Source: Mobula hypostoma (Eukaryota). Taken from it: a stretch of DNA of 64,000 nt. Position numbers and translations under genes: made by a program. Below the pieces are notes generated by a model. The model was not told the DNA's origin. It saw only the letters and a list, made by a program, of their open reading frames with translations, and did not search any database. Of this stretch, positions 58,469-64,000 are shown in pieces (within the stretch, counting starts at the first letter, position 1; every line of letters begins with the position of its first letter). The stretch is from the NCBI RefSeq assembly GCF_963921235.1, contig NC_086108.1, positions 105,526,001 to 105,590,000 on the forward strand. The letters run 5' to 3'.

Positions 58469-61400
58469 TTGGGGGGTAGGAATCAAATTAAAGAGGCTAG
58501 GCGTGAGGAGGTTAGTTCACAACAGAGGGATGGGAACCACTGCAGAGAGACAGAGGGGTGTAAAGAGAGGGTAGAAGCAAAAAGTACAAAGGAGAAAAGT
58601 AAAAGTGGCAGGCCGACAAATCCAGGGCAAGCATTAAAAAGGACCACTTTTCAACATAATTGTATAAGGGCTAAGAGAGTTGTAAAAGAGCGCCTGAAGG
58701 CTTTATGTGTCAATGCAAGGAGCATTCATAGGTGGATGAATTGAAAGTGCAGATTGTTATTAATGATTATGATATAGTTGGGATCACAGAGACATGGCTC
58801 CAGGGTGACCAGGGATGGGAGCTCAACGTTCAGGGATATTCAATATTCAGGAGGGATAGACATGAAGGAAGGGGAGGTGGGGTGGCGTTGCTGGTTAAAG
58901 AAGAGATTAACGCAATAGAAAGGAAGGACATAAGCCGGGAAGATGTGGAATCGATATGGGTAGAGCTGCGTAACACTAAGGGGCAGAAGACGCTGGTGGG
59001 AGTTGTGTACAGGCCACCTAACAGTAGTAGTGAGGTCGGAGATGGTATTAAACAGGAAATTAGAAATGTGTGCAATAAAGGAACAGCAGTTATAATGGGT
59101 GACTTCAATCTACATGTAGACTGGGTGAACCAAATTGGTAAAGGTGCTGAGGAAGAGGATTTCTTGGAATGTATGCGGGATGGTTTTTTGAACCAACATG
59201 TCGAGGAACCAACTAGAGAGCAGGCTATTCTGGACTGGGTTTTGAGCAATGAGGAAGGGTTAATTAGCGATCTTGTCGTGAGAGGCCCCTTGGGTAGGAG
59301 TGACCATAATATGGTGGAATTCTTCATTAAGATGGAGAGTGACATAGTTAATTCAGAAACAAAGGTTCTGAACTTAAAGAGGGGTAACTTTGAAGGTATG
59401 AGACGTGAATTAGTAAGATAGACTGGCAAATGACACTTAAAGGATTGACGGTGGATATGCAATGGCAAGCATTTAAAGGTTGCATGGATGAACTACAACA
59501 ATTGTTCATCCCAGTTTGGCAAAAGAATAAATCAAGGAAGGTAGTGCACCCGTGGCTGACAAGAGAAATTAGGGATAGTATCAATTCCAAAGAAGAAGCA
59601 TACAAATTAGCCAGAGAAAGTGGCTCACCTGAGGACTGGGAGAAATTCAGAGTTCAGCAGAGGAGGACAAAGGGCTTAATTAGGAAGGGGAGAAAAGATT
59701 ATGAGAGAAAACTGGCAGGGAACATAAAAATGGACTGTAAGAGCTTTTATAGATATGTAAAAAGGAAAAGACTGGTAAAGACAAATGTAGGTCCCCTGCA
59801 GACAGAAACAGGTGAATTGATTATGGGGAGCAAGGACATGGCAGACCAATTGAATAATTACTTTGGTTCTGTCTTCACTAAGGAGGACATAAATAATCTT
59901 CCAGAAATAGTAAGGGACAGAGGGTCCAGTGAGATGGAGGAACTGAGCGAAATACTTGTTAGTAGGGAAGTGGTGTTAGGTAAATTGAAGGGATTGAAGG
60001 CAGATAAATCCCCAGGGCCAGATGGTCTGCATCCTAGAGTGCTTAAGGAAGTAGCCCTAGAAATAGTGGATGCATTAGTGATAATTTTTCAAAACTCGTT
60101 AGATTCTGGACTAGTTCCTGAGGATTGGAGGGTGGCTAATGTAACCCCACTTTTTAAAAAAGGAGGGCGAGAGAAACCGGGGAATTATAGACCGGTTAGC
60201 CTAACGTCAGTGGTGGGGAAACTGCTGGAGTCAGTTATCAAGGATGTGATAACAGCACATTTGGAAAGCGGTGAAATGATCGGACAAAGTCAGCATGGAT
60301 TTGTGAAAGGAAAATCATGTCTGACGAATCTCATAGAATTTTTTGAGGATGTAACTAGTAGAGTGGATAGGGGAAAACCAGTGGATGTGGTATATTTGGA
60401 TTTTCAAAAGGCTTTTGACAAGGTCCCACATAGGAGATTAGTGTGCAAACTTAAAGCACACGGTATTGGGGGTAAGGTATTGATGTGGGTGGAGAATTGG
60501 TTAGCAGACAGGAAGCAAAGAGTGGGAATAAACGGGACCTTTTCAGAATGGCAGGCGGTGACTAGTGGGGTACCGCAAGGCTCAGTGCTGGGACCCCAGT
60601 TGTTTACAATATATATTAATGACTTGGATGAGGGAATTAAATGCAGCATCTCCAAGTTTGCGGATGACACGAAGCTGGGTGGCAGTGTTAGCAGGGAGGA
60701 GGATGCTAAGAGGATGCAGGGTGACTTGGATATGTTGGGTGAGTGGGCAAATTCATGGCAGATGCAATTTAATGTGGATAAATGTGAAGTTATCCACTTT
60801 GGTGGCAAAAATAGGAAAACAGATTATTATCTGAATGGTGGCCGATTAGGAAAAGGGGAGGTGCAACGAGACCTGGGTGTCATTATACACCAGTCATTGA
60901 AAGTGGGCATGCAGGTACAGCAGGCGGTGAAAAAGGCGAATGGTATGCTGGCATTTATAGCGAGAGGATTCGAGTACAGGAGCAGGGAGGTACTACTGCA
61001 GTTGTACAAGGCCTTGGTGAGACCACACCTGGAGTATTGTGTGCAGTTTTGGTCCCCTAATCTGAGGAAAGACATCTTTGCCATAGAGGGAGTACAAAGA
61101 AGGTTCACCAGATTGATTCCTGGGATGGCAGGACTTTCATATGAAGAAAGACTAGATGAACTGGGCTTGTACTCGTTGGAATTTAGAAGATTGAGAGGGG
61201 ATCTGATTGAAACGTATAAGATCCTAAAGGGATTGGACAGGCTAGATGCAGGAAGATTGTTCCCGATGTTGGGGAAGTCCAGAACGAGGGGTCACAGTTT
61301 GAGGATAGAGGGTAAGCGTTTTAGGACCGAGATTAGGAAAAACTTCTTCACACAGAGAGTGGTGAATCTGTGGAATTCTCTGCCACAGGAAACAGTTGAG

Positions 61401-61496
61401 GCCAGTTCATTGGCTATATTTAAGAGGGAGTTAGATATGGCCCTTGTGGCTACGGGGGTCAGGGGGTATGGAGGGAAGGCTGGGGCGGGGTTCTGA
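58469..61496 (+). pseudogene. CR1 ORF2 (endonuclease plus RT) with two frameshifts (~58730 and ~59414)
   Basis: Three consecutive ORFs (VNARSI / ITETWL..SDH / RT with FADD). 1-bp deletion TTAG-TAAG versus TTAGCTAAG in the 17362 copy. Confidence 0.92.
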
Positions 61497-62049
61497 GTTG
61501 GATGATCAGCCATGATCATAATAAATGGCGGTGCAGGCCTACTCCTGCACATATTTTCTATGTTTCTATGTTTCTATATCTTATGGTCTTATGGTCTTAT
61601 CACAAAGGACCCCACCCACACTGCTTATGAACTGTTTGTCCTCTCCCTTCAGTGAAGAGGCTATGCAGCATCTACGCCCAAACCAGAAGCCTCATAAACA
61701 GGTACTTCCCGCAAGCTGACAGGCTAACCAACACCTTCGCCCGTTAACCCACCCTATCCAACCCGTATTATCACTTTATGTATACGCAATCAGGCTACGT
61801 TAAGGGTTTCTAACCTGGGGATCATGGACACCTCGCTCAATGGTATTGGTCCATGGCATAAAAAAGGTTGGGATGCCCTCCTCCATGTACACAAGCTAAT
61901 CTTATGTATCGTCTATGCACCCACTCTCAACAGTTATTTGTGTTTTATAGGATTGCTTTTATATTTATATTTTTTGTGTTTTTATGCTTATTGTGTTTTT
62001 AATATTGCGACAGACCTGGAGTAACAATCATTTTGTTCTCCTTTATGAG

Positions 62050-62345
62050 CACTGAACCATCAACCATCAGACTCTTGAACAAGTGTGGATAACTTCACTC
62101 ACCTCGACAATGAACTGATTCCACAACCCCTAGACTCGCTCCCAAGGGCTCTACCACTCATGTTCTCGGCATTATGTTTTTTTTGTATTTGCACAGACTT
62201 TTGCACATTGGTTTTTGTCAGTCTTTGTTTAAGTGCAGTTTTCATTGATTCTATTGTGTGTCGTTGTTCTACGGTGAATGCCTGCAAGAAAATGAATATT
62301 GGGGTGACATTATATATACTTTGATAACTTTACTTTGAATTTTAA
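62050..62345 (+). mobile_element. Rex1/Babar 3'UTR fragment
   Basis: Homologous to 38230-38540 (STIRLLN end and TTTACTTTGAA tail). Confidence 0.65.
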
Positions 62346-63213
62346 ATCTTGAGTCCTACATCTTGAGGGGATGTCAATATTTGCAGGGTTAAACCTCCCC
62401 ATCCTATCTTATTTAAAAGAGTCTTTTTCTCTGTCATCTTCTAAGTAATTCTCCAAGTCTCCGTGCAGAACAGTGCAACATATGCACACAGGCACTCAGG
62501 AGGTGTTCATTTTATTGACTCATTTGTTAGAAAGAGATAGAATACACGTTTACGCCCTCTGGTCCGACTGGAATGATTAAATGCACGGTCTCCAAATGCA
62601 CTTGGGGGCACACATGTAAGCTGGATCATTACTATCCTTGAACTTCATTCATTTAAAATGAAAATAATGTACAATCAGAGGGAAGTAATTATAACAATTT
62701 TGTGAGGAATTATGTCAAGGCCAAAAAAATAATGATGTGGTCTCATTAAAGTTCTTCTTCACTGCAGTGGATTACTACATAGTAATGACATAACACATTC
62801 CACAAGGAGTTCACACATTACTCTATCTCCAAGCCCCTTGTCTGACTAGAAACTTAAAAGGGAAAAAAGGTTAGAAGATGTGTTGTTGAGTGCTATTAGG
62901 ATTTCAGATGCAATACCAAACCTGGCATTTAGTGAGAAATTAGATAATCTTTCAGAGAAGAATAGGAATGTGCTGGGATGTGAGAAAGGGACGTTGACAT
63001 CACTTCCCACTCTAATTAACCGAGCCTCACTTCAGTCAAAACTCACATTCAGATCATAGATAGATTGCAAACTGCCTTTTCCAAAAGCTCCCTTCTGCAA
63101 AGTGCTTTAAGGCTACTCAGACAAAAAAAAGAACACACCATCCTAAATGTTTCTTCCCCTGGACAGTTAATCTGATCAAGCATTCTAATTAGCCCCAACA
63201 CATCTAACTATTC

Positions 63214-63889
63214 ACAATGCGCTGAAGGAACTCAGCAGGTCAGTCAGCATCAGTTGAAAAGATTAGTCGATGTTTCGGGCCGAAACCCTTTGTCAAGACT
63301 GAAGGAAGAACTTTGGGGAGGGTTTGAAGAATGCTGGTAGTTGAAAAAAACAGTAATTTGAAAGCCAAAGGGGTGGGGGAGACAGACAGGATCTCCCGGT
63401 AGCCACCCACTTCAACTCTGCTTCCCATTCCCATTCAGATAGGTCCATACATGGCCTCCTCTACTGCCATGATGAGGCTAAACTCAGGTTGAAGGAGCAA
63501 CACCTCATATACCATCTAGGTAGTCTCCAGCCCCTTGGTATGAACATAGAATTCTCCAACTTCCAGTGATTCCCTCCCCCTCCCTTCCTCTATCCCTATT
63601 TTATATCACCTCCCTCATAGTTCCACCTCCTTCTACTACTTCGCATTGTTCTCCTGCCAATCACCTCCCTGCTTCCCCTCCCCCACCCCTTTGTCTTTAA
63701 AATTACTGTTTTTTTTCAACTACCAGCATTCTTCAAACCCTCCCCAAAGTTCTTCCTTCAGTCCTGACGAAGGGTTTCGGCCTGAAACGTCAACTAATCT
63801 TTTCAACTGATGCTGACTGACCTGCTGGGTTCCTCCAGAGCATCGTGATTGTTCCTTTGACAACAGCATCTGCAGATTATTTTGTGTTT
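63214..63889 (+). mobile_element. Penelope 3' fragment with inverted 5' pLTR (second subfamily)
   Basis: 63214-63380 is an inverted copy of ~63678-63847. 63385-63568 encodes QDLPVATHFNS..LGSLQPLGMNIEFSNFQ*. Confidence 0.92.
63760..63795 (+). ncRNA. Minimal hammerhead ribozyme, core intact, one stem I mismatch
   Basis: AGUC-CUGACGA-AGG(GUUUCGG)CCU-GAAA-CGUC^-AACU. Confidence 0.75.
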
Positions 63890-64000
63890 ACCTCTATGAC
63901 CCCATCACCTCACTGTAGACACTTTAACTGACATTTTATACATTGCAAATACATAGTATACTGTAACTATATAGTATATACATTGATTTGTTTGTTTATC

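Larger units (their letters stand above)
57728..61576 (+). mobile_element. Young near-full-length CR1 LINE, 5'-truncated within ORF1
   Basis: ORF1 C-terminal part, complete ORF2 region and (TTTCTATG)n tail. Confidence 0.97.

Overview
This is a eukaryotic (vertebrate) non-genic window made almost entirely of nested, mostly decayed transposable elements. The mix of CR1, Rex1/Babar, V-SINE-like SINEs and Penelope suggests a cartilaginous fish such as a ray or shark; that is inference only. I found no host protein-coding exon, rRNA, tRNA gene or CRISPR array. Main contents: three young near-identical CR1 LINE copies (one with an SGNH-esterase ORF1), many older CR1 and Rex1/Babar fragments, and a two-LTR Gypsy provirus with elements nested inside. 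Also present are a second Gypsy 3' end inserted in a Tc1 fossil, several solo LTRs, a Vingi LINE, an R4/Dong-like LINE sitting in a (TAA)n tract, and hAT-derived MITEs, one with an atypical 6-bp TSD and a BED-finger remnant. The most notable signal is a set of Penelope-like element pieces carrying a minimal type I hammerhead ribozyme with a loop-less, dimer-type stem III. Several short TSD-flanked insertions and fold-back hairpins have their junctions at or inside that ribozyme. Boundaries of old fragments are approximate, and family names come from recognising motifs by eye, not from database searches.
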